NCBI GenBank assembly: GCA_049177215.1
Contig: CP185379.1
Coordinates: 1,192,150 to 1,256,149, forward strand
Reading direction: 5' to 3'
Origin: Candidatus Pollutiaquabacter aromativorans
GTDB lineage: Bacteria > Bacteroidota > Bacteroidia > AKYH767-A > 2013-40CM-41-45
DNA: 64,000 nucleotides
How positions within the stretch are numbered: the stretch's first letter is position 1; every line of letters starts with the position of its first letter. A program made the position numbers and the translations under genes. The notes beneath the pieces are model-generated. The model had not been told where the DNA came from and searched no databases. It saw only the letters and a program-made list of their open reading frames with translations. Positions 48,729-58,010 of the stretch are shown here, one piece after another.

Positions 48729-49877
48729 ATGAACCCGCGCATCTACCTCGACAACGCCGCCACCACACCGCTCGACCCCGAAGTGCTGGAGGCGATGCTG
48801 CCTTTTATGCAGCACCACTTCGGAAACCCTTCGTCCATCCACGCGTTCGGGCGGGAGGTGCGTTCGGGTATTGAAAAGGCCCGTAAGACCGTTGCGAAGC
48901 TGCTGAACGCTTCACCCTCGGAGATTTTCTTTACCTCCGGTGGTACGGAAGCCAACAATACGGCCTTGTTCTGTTCGGTGCGCGACCTGGGTATCCAACA
49001 CGTGATCTCGTCGCCGATCGAACACCATGCGGTGACGCATACGCTGGAGCAGATGGCCAGGGAGGGAAAGATCCGGCTCAGTTATGTCAAACTCGACGAC
49101 AAAGGACGCGTGGATCTGACCGATCTGGAGCGCTTGCTGGCTGAAGGAGGAAAGACGCTGGTTTCACTCATGCATGCCAACAACGAACTGGGCAACCTGT
49201 TACCGATCGCAAAAGTGGCTACGCTGTGCAAGCAATACGGCGCCTTGTTCCATTGTGATACGGTGCAAACGATGGGACATTTCCCGATCGATCTCAAGGA
49301 GATCCCGGTTGATTTCATCACCTGTGCCGCGCATAAGTTTCACGGCCCGAAGGGCGTCGGCTTTCTGTTCATTCGCTCGGGTGTCAGCATTCACCCGTTC
49401 ATTTTCGGTGGCGCGCAGGAACGCAACATGCGGGGCGGGACGGAGAACGTGTACGGTATCGTCGGCCTGGCAAAGGCGCTCGAACTGGCTGTTTCCCACA
49501 TGGAGGAGCACCATCAGTATATCCAGGGGCTGAAGGACCACATGGTCAGGCGCCTCAAAGCGGAGATACCCGGAGTTGCTTTCAATGGCGATACGCTGGG
49601 AGAGAGTCTCTACACGGTCCTGAACGTCAGTTTCCCGGCGAGTGAAGCGGGCGAGATGCTGCTCTTCAATCTCGACATTGCCGGTATTTCCTGTTCGGGC
49701 GGCAGCGCCTGTTCAAGCGGATCCAATGCGGGTTCGCACGTTTTGGCTGCGATCTATCCCGATAGCACCCGTCCGGCGGTTCGGTTCTCCTTCAGTAAGC
49801 TGAATACAAAAGCGGAGATCGATCGTACGGTTGACAAGCTGAAGGAGTTGACCGTAGCGAACGTGATCAATTCCTGA
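48729..49877 (+). CDS. cysteine desulfurase (class I, IscS/NifS-like)
   Basis: YLDNAATTP, SGGTEANN, PLP-lysine region CAAHKFHGPKG and active-site Cys loop SCSGGSACSSGS. Confidence 0.85.
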   Translation: MNPRIYLDNAATTPLDPEVLEAMLPFMQHHFGNPSSIHAFGREVRSGIEKARKTVAKLLNASPSEIFFTSGGTEANNTALFCSVRDLGIQHVISSPIEHHAVTHTLEQMAREGKIRLSYVKLDDKGRVDLTDLERLLAEGGKTLVSLMHANNELGNLLPIAKVATLCKQYGALFHCDTVQTMGHFPIDLKEIPVDFITCAAHKFHGPKGVGFLFIRSGVSIHPFIFGGAQERNMRGGTENVYGIVGLAKALELAVSHMEEHHQYIQGLKDHMVRRLKAEIPGVAFNGDTLGESLYTVLNVSFPASEAGEMLLFNLDIAGISCSGGSACSSGSNAGSHVLAAIYPDSTRPAVRFSFSKLNTKAEIDRTVDKLKELTVANVINS

Positions 49878-49886
49878 TTGAGTTGT

Positions 49887-50360
49887 TTATCTGCCCGGTC
49901 CGCGTGGCGGGCCGTCGCGACCTTCCCGGCGTTCCTGCAACATTTCCAGCAGCTTTCGCTTAAAGGCTTCTTCCGCCTGGTAGAGGCGCGCGACTTTTTT
50001 GATCGGCAACACTTTTCTGAACTGCGGATCGTATTTGCGGATAATGTCGAGTTCCGATTGGCGGAATTGTAATTCGGTATCCACGGCTTTCGCTACTTCA
50101 CCATCGCTCATCTCGTCGAAGTTCTGACGGGCGTTGATCAGGTTGTCGCGACGGCCTTTGCGCAGCGCTTCCAGTTCGTCCTGGTACTTGTTGTAGATCG
50201 GCCAAAACGATTTGGCTTCTTCCGGGCTGAGATCAAGGCGTTCCGTCAGGAAGCCGATCTTCATGGCTTCCACGCGCTCGCGACGGCCTTCGGGCGGCTG
50301 TCCGTTGGAGAAGAAGAAGAGCAGGAGGAATGCCGGGATAAGCAGCAGGGTACGGTTCAT
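49887..50360 (-). CDS. hypothetical periplasmic protein (signal peptide; helical, LTxxQ/Spy-like)
   Basis: The conserved part begins MNRTLLLIPAFLLLFFFSNG. The ORF-track 5' extension to 50837 overlaps the upstream gene and looks spurious. Confidence 0.45.
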   Translation of the reverse strand: MNRTLLLIPAFLLLFFFSNGQPPEGRRERVEAMKIGFLTERLDLSPEEAKSFWPIYNKYQDELEALRKGRRDNLINARQNFDEMSDGEVAKAVDTELQFRQSELDIIRKYDPQFRKVLPIKKVARLYQAEEAFKRKLLEMLQERREGRDGPPRGPGR

Positions 50361-50364
50361 GGCT

Positions 50365-50898
50365 TCAGAGTTCGAGTTGAGAAAGATCGATGTCGTTCTC
50401 CAGGAGGTATTGTTTGAGTTCTTGTTCGTTTGTCCCGGTTTCTTCACTCGCCGGTAAGAGACTGGCAACTGTGGAAGGATCAAGGTCGAGGTAGTCCAGC
50501 GCTTCACTGACTTCATCAACCGACAAAGGTTGAATCGCTGCGGTATAGTCGACTTTCCGGTCGGTGAAATAGCTGCGCGTTCCAAGGAACAGGCAAACCA
50601 GCAGGGCCGCGATCGAGAGGGACCATTCCGGCTGCTTCCACCAGCGGAAGGCGGGCGAGGCGCCACCCCGGATGCGGGCATGAATCGACGATTCGAGCTG
50701 TTCAAAATACCGTTCGGGAGCGACGAATCCGTCCGGTTCGGGTCTTGCCGTTTCAGTATGGAGGAGCTCGACCCGCCGCTCGATCTCCCGCGGCAGCTTT
50801 TCAAAGTAGTCTTCGGGAGTCTGGAACGGCAATACACGGTTTCCGGCAGTGATCTCCGGATCCTGATCGTGTGGCAGTGGTTGGTTTCGCCGTTTCAT
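50365..50898 (-). CDS. putative anti-sigma factor (single-TM membrane protein)
   Basis: Sits immediately downstream of an ECF sigma factor on the same strand. 177 aa with one TM helix (WSLSIAALLVCLFLG). Confidence 0.45.
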   Translation of the reverse strand: MKRRNQPLPHDQDPEITAGNRVLPFQTPEDYFEKLPREIERRVELLHTETARPEPDGFVAPERYFEQLESSIHARIRGGASPAFRWWKQPEWSLSIAALLVCLFLGTRSYFTDRKVDYTAAIQPLSVDEVSEALDYLDLDPSTVASLLPASEETGTNEQELKQYLLENDIDLSQLEL

Positions 50899-50933
50899 GG
50901 TTCTGTAGTTGGAGCGGTTCTTTCCGGCTTGGT

Positions 50934-51482
50934 TTAATCGCCCAGCATGTATTTTTCAATTTTCTTGACCGCATGATGGTAGGAAGCCTTGAGGGCACCA
51001 ACCGTGACGCCGAGAACTTCCGAGATATCCTCGTATTTCATGCCGTCGAAATACTTCATGTTGAAGACGATCCGTTGCTGCGTTGGCAGTTTCAAAATGG
51101 CCTGCTGCAGTTTGAGTTGTATACGGTCACCTTTGAAATAAGGATCGTTGTGCAGGGTATTGGAGAGTTGATTCTCCACATCCGACCAGGGGACGAAGAA
51201 GCGACGACGTTTCTGGTTGAGAAACGAGATCGATTCGTTGGTCGCGATGCGATAGAGCCAGGTGAAGAGTTTGGAGTCGGACCGGAAGTTGTCGAGGTTC
51301 TTCCAGACTTTCACAAATACGTTCTGGGCAACATCATTCGCATCATCGTGGTCGATGACGATCTTTCGAATGTGCCAGTAAATACGTTGCTGGTAACGGC
51401 GGACCAGGGTGTTGAACGCGACGTGCCGGGTCGATTCCTGTCGGAATTGTTCGAGCAATTCTTCGTCGGAGTACTCCGTCAT
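50934..51482 (-). CDS. RNA polymerase ECF-type sigma-70 factor
   Basis: Region 2 (RIYWHIRKIV.D..DANDVAQNVFVKVW) and region 4 (QRIVFNMKYFDGMKYEDISEVLGVTVGALKASYHHAVKKIE). Start placed at internal MTEYSDEEL. Confidence 0.8.
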   Translation of the reverse strand: MTEYSDEELLEQFRQESTRHVAFNTLVRRYQQRIYWHIRKIVIDHDDANDVAQNVFVKVWKNLDNFRSDSKLFTWLYRIATNESISFLNQKRRRFFVPWSDVENQLSNTLHNDPYFKGDRIQLKLQQAILKLPTQQRIVFNMKYFDGMKYEDISEVLGVTVGALKASYHHAVKKIEKYMLGD

Positions 51483-51513
51483 ACCGTGCTGGGCGGCTGA
51501 GCCGCGGCGGGGA

Positions 51514-52488
51514 TCAGGTGGAAGAGAGTTCGTGCTTGCGCCGGCGGATGACCCGTTCGGCTGCGGCTGCGATGTTTTCTGCTTCCAATCCATACTTTTT
51601 CATCAACTGTTCCGGCGTACCGCTTTCCCCGAAGCTGTCGTTGACGGCTACATACTCCTGCGGAACCGGATGCTGGCTAACCAATACTCGAGCGATCGCG
51701 TCGCCCAGGCCGCCGTTGACCTGATGTTCCTCTGCGGTGACAGCACATCCGGTCTTACGGGCAGACCGTAAGACTGCCTGAACGTCCAGGGGTTTAATCG
51801 TATGAATGTTGATGATTTCGGCGCTGATGCCTTTTTCTTCGAGCATTTCGCAGGCCTCGAGCGCTTTCCAGACGAGGTGACCGGTGGCGAAGATGCTCAC
51901 GTCGGTTCCTTCGGCCAGGGTTACGGCTTCGCCGATCTTGAATACCTGATCGGCCGGGGTGAAGTTGGGAACGACCGGTCGTCCGAAGCGCAGGTACACC
52001 GGACCCTTATAGGCGGCAATAGCGAGTGTTGCGGCTTTGGTTTGGTTGAAATCGCAGGGGTTGATGACCACCATGTCGGGGAGCATACGCATCATGCCGA
52101 TGTCTTCCAGGATCTGGTGCGTGGCGCCGTCTTCGCCGAGCGTAATGCCGGCGTGGGAGGCGCAGATCTTGACGTTCTTACCGGAATACGCGATCGACTG
52201 ACGGATCTGGTCGTAAACACGTCCGGTCGAGAAATTGGCGAAGGTGCCCGTGAACGGGATCTTGCCGCCGACTGTCATGCCCGCAGCGAGGCCCATCATG
52301 TTCGCCTCGGCAATGCCGACCTGGAAAAAGCGGTCCGGGAATTCTTTCTCAAAGGCGTCCATCTTGAGACTGCCGGTCAGGTCGGCACAGAGTGCGACGA
52401 CCTGCGGGTTGCTGCGGCCCAGTTCGAGGAGCCCGGCGCCAAAGCCGGAGCGGGTGTCTTTCTTGTCGGTAAAAGTGAAACGTTTCAT
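51514..52488 (-). CDS. transketolase, C-terminal (pyrimidine-binding plus C-terminal domain) subunit
   Basis: 324 aa matching the transketolase Pyr and C-terminal domains (FQVGIAEANMMGLAAGM...SHAGITLGEDGATHQ). Confidence 0.85.
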   Translation of the reverse strand: MKRFTFTDKKDTRSGFGAGLLELGRSNPQVVALCADLTGSLKMDAFEKEFPDRFFQVGIAEANMMGLAAGMTVGGKIPFTGTFANFSTGRVYDQIRQSIAYSGKNVKICASHAGITLGEDGATHQILEDIGMMRMLPDMVVINPCDFNQTKAATLAIAAYKGPVYLRFGRPVVPNFTPADQVFKIGEAVTLAEGTDVSIFATGHLVWKALEACEMLEEKGISAEIINIHTIKPLDVQAVLRSARKTGCAVTAEEHQVNGGLGDAIARVLVSQHPVPQEYVAVNDSFGESGTPEQLMKKYGLEAENIAAAAERVIRRRKHELSST

Positions 52489-52503
52489 GCGTGTAGGGTG
52501 GGT

Positions 52504-53916
52504 TCAATTCATGATGACGACATTCGATTCGCCGGACACGATCGAGAATTCCTTTTCGAGTGTGTAGATACTTTCCCGGGAAGCCCGCGGACGGAAGACC
52601 GCGCGGTAACGACCGGGTTGGAGAATGAAGGTTTCTTTGCTGAGGTTTTCGTCGAGGTTGGTGACCCATTTCAGGGTCTTGCCTTCGACCGTATAGATAC
52701 TGCCGAAGCCGGGATTATTGGTAACGAGTGTCACGATGCCGGGACGCGGAATCGTGACCGTAGTGGTTTTACTCTGGCTTATATCTACGTTGTCGAGCAG
52801 GATACGAGGTAATGTAAGAATCTCGAGATTGTACTTGCCAACCCGGTACTTTTCCGTCGCGTTGATGTCCTGGACGACGAGGGTAGCCATATCGCCCGGT
52901 TGGCGAACGATCGCCTGGATCTTCCGGTATTCCGATGGGCCGTCGTACCGGATCATCAGGGAGCCCTGTCCGGCATCAATACCCACGGTGCTGTGTTTCC
53001 CGGGTACGAGCACCACCGAGTCCTTGACGGCTTGCGGGACGGTGTGGACCACGATCCGATAGATCGGAAGCGGGTCGATGACAAGCGTGTCCGGATTGCC
53101 CTTGGCGTTCAGCGTGTGAATGTAATTGTACTTGACCTCGCCGGTGTTACGGTCGTAGAACGTCATGTTCACATTCGTCTCGCTGGGTACACCGTTCACG
53201 TCGAGCAGGTTCACCTGCATGGTCGTGGAATTGAGCGCCTGGGAAATGACGATATCCATCGCCTGCCGGAACATCACTTCATTCGTCGCGTCGAAGTATC
53301 GGCCCACGCAATCGAACGTCTTCTTCAACGATTCGTCGAGTCCCATCCCGATGACGAAAGGTTTCAGGAAAATCCCTTTTCGCTGAAGCGCTGCCGAGAC
53401 GGCACACGGATCACCGCCGCATTCTTCGATACCGTCGGTGATCAGGATCAGGATATTGCGAGCGGGGCTCGCGGGGAAATCGTCGGCGCAAAGTTCGAGT
53501 GAACGCGCGATCGGTGTAGTGCCTCTGGGAGTGATGTTCTTCAGCGCGTCCTGGATGCGTGTCGCGTTACCGCTTGCGAAAGGAACCTCCAATCGGCTGT
53601 CGTCGCAATCCTGGGGAGGATAGGGCTTCTGGTGACCGTACACGCGCAAAGCCAGCTCGATGTTGGGGACGAACCGCAGGCTGTCGAGCAATTGGTTCAT
53701 CAGGTTTTTCGCGACATCGATCTTGGCGCCGCTTTGCCAGCGCCCGTACATGCTTTGCGAAGCATCGAAGAGGAACTCGATGCGGGTGAGGGTAGGCTGT
53801 ACCTGCTTCCGGCTGGTCACCTGAGCCTGCACAGGAAGTCCCAGCCCGAGCAGGACCATCAGGAAAAAGATCCGGTCCGTGTACAGCTTGAATTTGTTCC
53901 CCTTCATTCCTCGCAT
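52504..53916 (-). CDS. von Willebrand factor type A (VWA) domain protein, secreted
   Basis: Signal peptide MKGNKFKLYTDRIFFLMVLLGLGLPVQA and MIDAS DxSxS motif (LFDASQSMYGRW). The ORF-track 5' extension to 54006 is discounted. Confidence 0.7.
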   Translation of the reverse strand: MRGMKGNKFKLYTDRIFFLMVLLGLGLPVQAQVTSRKQVQPTLTRIEFLFDASQSMYGRWQSGAKIDVAKNLMNQLLDSLRFVPNIELALRVYGHQKPYPPQDCDDSRLEVPFASGNATRIQDALKNITPRGTTPIARSLELCADDFPASPARNILILITDGIEECGGDPCAVSAALQRKGIFLKPFVIGMGLDESLKKTFDCVGRYFDATNEVMFRQAMDIVISQALNSTTMQVNLLDVNGVPSETNVNMTFYDRNTGEVKYNYIHTLNAKGNPDTLVIDPLPIYRIVVHTVPQAVKDSVVLVPGKHSTVGIDAGQGSLMIRYDGPSEYRKIQAIVRQPGDMATLVVQDINATEKYRVGKYNLEILTLPRILLDNVDISQSKTTTVTIPRPGIVTLVTNNPGFGSIYTVEGKTLKWVTNLDENLSKETFILQPGRYRAVFRPRASRESIYTLEKEFSIVSGESNVVIMN

Positions 53917-53927
53917 AAATGGGCGAC

Positions 53928-54770
53928 TCAATAGTCGCCGAGGGTTTCTTCGAGTTGAGCCAGCGCCGTGGCGGTTTGTTCGGCATTCGGTGCCACGCCG
54001 TGCCACTTGTGGGTACCCATCATGAAATCCACGCCCATGCCCATTTCGGTTTTCATCAGGATCACCACCGGCTTTTTATTGCCGCAAAGCGATCGTGCTT
54101 TTTGTAAGGTAAGCACGACATCTTCCATATGATTGCCGTTCATTTCGAGTACTTCCCATCCAAACGCCTCGAACTTGGGGCGCAAGGGACCATAGGGGAG
54201 GACCTGGTCGATCGAGCCGTCGATCTGTTGGTTGTTGACGTCGATCGTGGCGATGATGTTGTCAACTTTCTTAGCGCCGGCATACATGACCGCTTCCCAG
54301 ATCTGGCCTTCTTCCATTTCGCCGTCGCCGCAGAGACAATATACCAACTGATTATCCTTGTTCAGTTTCTTCGCCAGGGCGGCACCCAGGGCAACACTCA
54401 TGCCTTGGCCGAGAGATCCGGAAGCCATGCGAACACCCGGAAGCCCTTCGTGTGTGGCCGGGTGACCTTGCAGACGGGAATCGATCTTACGGAAGGTGCT
54501 CAGTTCCTGTAAAGGGAAATAGCCGGATCGTGCCAGCACACTGTACCAGAGCGGTGAAATGTGACCGTTACTGAGGAAGAACAGATCTTCGCCGGCACCG
54601 TCCATCGAAAATTGTTTCGGCTCATGCTTCATCACCGAGAAATAGAGCGCGACAAGGAAGTCGGTGCAGCCCAGGGAACCTCCCGGGTGTCCGGAATTCA
54701 CGCCATGTACCTGTCGGATGATATCGCGGCGAACCTGTGAGGCGATGCGTTTCAATTGATCTGTATTCAT
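53928..54770 (-). CDS. transketolase, N-terminal (thiamine-diphosphate-binding) subunit
   Basis: HGVNSGHPGGSLGCTDFLVALYF, GHISPLWY and GDGEMEEGQIWEA are TPP-binding motifs. Start placed at MNTDQLKRIASQ. Confidence 0.85.
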   Translation of the reverse strand: MNTDQLKRIASQVRRDIIRQVHGVNSGHPGGSLGCTDFLVALYFSVMKHEPKQFSMDGAGEDLFFLSNGHISPLWYSVLARSGYFPLQELSTFRKIDSRLQGHPATHEGLPGVRMASGSLGQGMSVALGAALAKKLNKDNQLVYCLCGDGEMEEGQIWEAVMYAGAKKVDNIIATIDVNNQQIDGSIDQVLPYGPLRPKFEAFGWEVLEMNGNHMEDVVLTLQKARSLCGNKKPVVILMKTEMGMGVDFMMGTHKWHGVAPNAEQTATALAQLEETLGDY

Positions 54771-54920
54771 ACGGGAATGGTTAATGCGGTGGAATGATGC
54801 GATCCACATCACCGGCCTCTAAGGTAGAAACGCGTTCCGCTACGCGCTTCTTGTGTGGATGCTTGTTTTTCAGAAAATATCAACAAAAACAGGACGATTC
54901 GCCGGAAATTTCGCCAATTA

Positions 54921-55325
54921 TCAGTCGGGAAACTCCCATTCCCCGTCCATGAAATCATCCAGCGCCCGGCGTTCCTTCTTAGTAGGTCGTCCGGTACCGG
55001 GATCTCGAAAAACGGTCACGCGGCTGATGCGGGCTTTATAGGCATCCAGCTCTTCTTTCGGTGTAAGGTCCGCACAGAAATCGGGAACCAGTTTTGCGCC
55101 CAGGCGGTTTTCGGTTAACTGCTTCACCGACAAGATCCGGGTGAGTCCTGCTCTGCGGATGTGGAGGGTGTCACCGGGTTTCACCAGTCGACTGGCTTTA
55201 ACGGGATGACCATCCATGTGTACCCGACCCTGTTCACAGGCCAGGGTCGCCTGGGAACGGGTTTTAAAAAGGCGGACCGCCCACATCCATTTGTCGATTC
55301 GGGTACGTGTGCCGGCGGGTTCCAT
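54921..55325 (-). CDS. hslR: ribosome-associated heat-shock protein Hsp15 (S4 domain)
   Basis: RIDKWMWAVRLFKTRSQATLACEQGRVHMDG is the Hsp15/S4 signature. Confidence 0.8.
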   Translation of the reverse strand: MEPAGTRTRIDKWMWAVRLFKTRSQATLACEQGRVHMDGHPVKASRLVKPGDTLHIRRAGLTRILSVKQLTENRLGAKLVPDFCADLTPKEELDAYKARISRVTVFRDPGTGRPTKKERRALDDFMDGEWEFPD

Positions 55326-55369
55326 ATCGCAAAGATAGGCCTTCCGGAAATGCCGTATCTTCGAATCCT

Positions 55370-56383
55370 ATGGCAGGTGATCGACTTCGTAAAAAATATA
55401 CCCACCAATTCGTGCTGGCCGCCATCATTATCCTGGGTGGTCTTATTCTCTTTACCATGCGAACGTTCATCGACGCTTTCCTGGGCGCGGTGACCTTGTA
55501 TGTTCTCTTCAGGCCGATGATGCGGAAACTCGTCGAAGTCCGCAAGTGGCCGCGTGGGGGAGCGGCTGTCCTGATCTTGTTTCTTTCATTCCTGATCGTC
55601 CTTATTCCACTGATCGCGATCACCTATATGATCGTTCCGAAGGTTTCCCTGTTTTTCTCCGATTCTTCGGTGATCATGTCGGTGTTGAATTCCGCGGATG
55701 CCAAGATCCAGGCGATGACCGGGTACGAACTCATGAACCAGGAAAACATCCGAAAGGTGCAGGAGTCAGCGGGTGAATTCATCACGCGATTTCTGGGTGA
55801 ATCCATGGGTATTCTGGCTGATATCGCCGTATTATATTTCCTGCTTTATTACTTTCTGGTGAATACCGGGAAGGTGGAAAATTTCTTCGAACGTTATCTG
55901 CCATTGTCCAAAGACAATACCTCCCGATTAACCGATGAGTTGGAAACTCAAACTTTCTCCAACGCCTTAGGTGGACCCTTGCTGGCGCTCATCCAGGGCA
56001 TCTTTGCAGCGCTGGGGTATTGGCTTTTCGGTTTACAGGAACCGGTGTTCTGGGGGCTGATGACGGGCTTCTTCTCCTTCTTGCCCGTTGCAGGCTCCAT
56101 GCTCATCTGGCTGCCCGCAGCGATCTATCAATTGTCAACCGGTATGATCTGGCAGGGCATCGCCATTTTCGCTTATGGCGTGCTCGTAATTTCAGTGGTG
56201 GACAATGTGTTCCGCTTCGTTTTCCAGAAAAAGTTCGCGGATGTACATCCCCTGATCACCGTGATCGGGGTAATTGTCGGATTGCAATTGTTCGGCGTTC
56301 CCGGAATCATTTTCGGTCCGCTGCTGATCTCCTATTTCCTGATCATGTTGCGGATCTTCCGGGAGGAATTCCTCTCCGTCTGA
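55370..56383 (+). CDS. AI-2E family transporter (PerM/UPF0118)
   Basis: Eight predicted TM helices. Conserved C-terminal FGVPGIIFGPLLIS. Start placed at MAGDRLRKKY. Confidence 0.8.
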   Translation: MAGDRLRKKYTHQFVLAAIIILGGLILFTMRTFIDAFLGAVTLYVLFRPMMRKLVEVRKWPRGGAAVLILFLSFLIVLIPLIAITYMIVPKVSLFFSDSSVIMSVLNSADAKIQAMTGYELMNQENIRKVQESAGEFITRFLGESMGILADIAVLYFLLYYFLVNTGKVENFFERYLPLSKDNTSRLTDELETQTFSNALGGPLLALIQGIFAALGYWLFGLQEPVFWGLMTGFFSFLPVAGSMLIWLPAAIYQLSTGMIWQGIAIFAYGVLVISVVDNVFRFVFQKKFADVHPLITVIGVIVGLQLFGVPGIIFGPLLISYFLIMLRIFREEFLSV

Positions 56384-56386
56384 CGA

Positions 56387-57946
56387 TTATCGAAAGATCG
56401 CCGCCCGGTCGATCGGACGCTGGGCTTCCTTCCAGTTAAAACCTTTCAGGCGCAGTTCCCGGGTACTGATCTGCTTGACCGGGTACAATACTCCCTCCGG
56501 TGACTGGAGCAGGGAAAGTCCTTTGACTTTATTTTCTTCGAGGTAGATGGTCATGTCACTGCAATCGGCTCGGTTGACGGCGAAGTTCTTTTCTTCCTTG
56601 TTGCGTGCGTAATAAATGGTCTGACCGTTGCCGGAGACGTCGATCCGGTAGAGATTATTATCGATAAAGTAGCCGGTCATGGTCTTACCTCTGACCTGGT
56701 TGAAGCGCAAGGAATCGATCGGCCCTGTTTGACTGCTGTCGGCACGTGACGCGATGAATGCAGAATTGACCAGGTACAGCCGGTGAATTCCGCCGCCGGC
56801 TGCGATGATGTCGATCGAGTCGGCAGTGAGTTGGTTGAGCCCCGACCAGAGGACAGGATCCCGGAACATCCGAAGGGTCGAATCCTTCAGTGTATACGCG
56901 ATGGAATCGCAACGACCTTGCAGGTCCGGTTTAAACAGGCGCACATGATGGAACGCGAACAAGTTCCGGTTGTTCTGCTTTGCCGTATCGCCTGAAGCGG
57001 CGGGGAGTGAATCGGCAGCGGTGGCCAGGAGGGTGTCGGCATGCATGAACAGGCTGTCGGTATCGAAGATCTGCACCAGCTCGGCATTTCCGGCCACCCA
57101 GGAACTATCCGTTAGTTCATGGTGTTCCCCGTAGTCTCCGCGGATGATCAGGCGGTTGACGGTATCGGTGATGCTGACATGGCCGAATACCCGGCCGATC
57201 CCGCTGCTGCGGTCATAGAGTATGGAATCTCCACGAAGCATCTGCGTCCGGGTCAGGAGATAAGAATTTCCCTGAAAGCTGGTCTGCTGACTGTTGGTGT
57301 TGTACCAGCCTTGTTCGCAATACATCGTATTGCTGGAGGAGTTAATACGGGTGGGTCCTAAGAAGTAGGCGGTCTTTTCGACCGTATTGTAGCGAAGTGT
57401 ATCGCAGGTGAGGGTGTAACGCGGATTCACCAGCAATACATTTTGCTTGAAGTAAAGATCACGCCGATCACTGTAGTAGTACCCTGTCTTACTGCTCAGA
57501 CGATTATCGCCATCGAGGATCATGGCGCTGTCGGTATAGCTTGCTATATCCGTACCGAGGTTATAATCCAACTGACGGGTATGCAGGGTCATGCGACCAT
57601 CGCTCAGGACCACATCTTCGAACACCTGGGCGATCTTGGTATTCCCATCGTAATACAGATGCTTTCCGCGCAATTGGAGTGAATCGCCCTGGCGCATGTT
57701 GATGCGAGAAAACGCTTCGAGGCGATTGTCGTCTCGGTACAGGTAGGCGGAATCACATTGCATGGTAGCCCCTTCGTGCCGGAAGGCCACATTGCCTATC
57801 AATCGTAAGGCGTTAGCTTCCAGGGATTCGTCGAATTCGGAAACGTCCGCGTTCAATAATTCTATTCGCGTCGGTTGTTGCGCGAATACGACTGAGCCGG
57901 TGAAAAGCAAGAGCAGGCAGATCGCCAGGAAAAAGCGGGAACGCAT
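56387..57946 (-). CDS. OstA-like (LptD N-terminal-like) periplasmic protein
   Basis: Signal peptide MRSRFFLAICLLLLFTGSVVFAQ. Beta-jellyroll-like repeats. Low-confidence family call from memory. Confidence 0.5.
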   Translation of the reverse strand: MRSRFFLAICLLLLFTGSVVFAQQPTRIELLNADVSEFDESLEANALRLIGNVAFRHEGATMQCDSAYLYRDDNRLEAFSRINMRQGDSLQLRGKHLYYDGNTKIAQVFEDVVLSDGRMTLHTRQLDYNLGTDIASYTDSAMILDGDNRLSSKTGYYYSDRRDLYFKQNVLLVNPRYTLTCDTLRYNTVEKTAYFLGPTRINSSSNTMYCEQGWYNTNSQQTSFQGNSYLLTRTQMLRGDSILYDRSSGIGRVFGHVSITDTVNRLIIRGDYGEHHELTDSSWVAGNAELVQIFDTDSLFMHADTLLATAADSLPAASGDTAKQNNRNLFAFHHVRLFKPDLQGRCDSIAYTLKDSTLRMFRDPVLWSGLNQLTADSIDIIAAGGGIHRLYLVNSAFIASRADSSQTGPIDSLRFNQVRGKTMTGYFIDNNLYRIDVSGNGQTIYYARNKEEKNFAVNRADCSDMTIYLEENKVKGLSLLQSPEGVLYPVKQISTRELRLKGFNWKEAQRPIDRAAIFR

Positions 57947-58010
57947 GCGGGATACCGGAATTACCATGATTCCCGGCGAAAATACTCAATCGAAACGATC
58001 CTGAACAGGG

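Noticed and set aside
51802-52812. 336-aa + strand ORF
   Set aside because: Antisense to the transketolase C-terminal subunit and the start of the VWA gene. Asp/Gly/Val-rich with no motifs.
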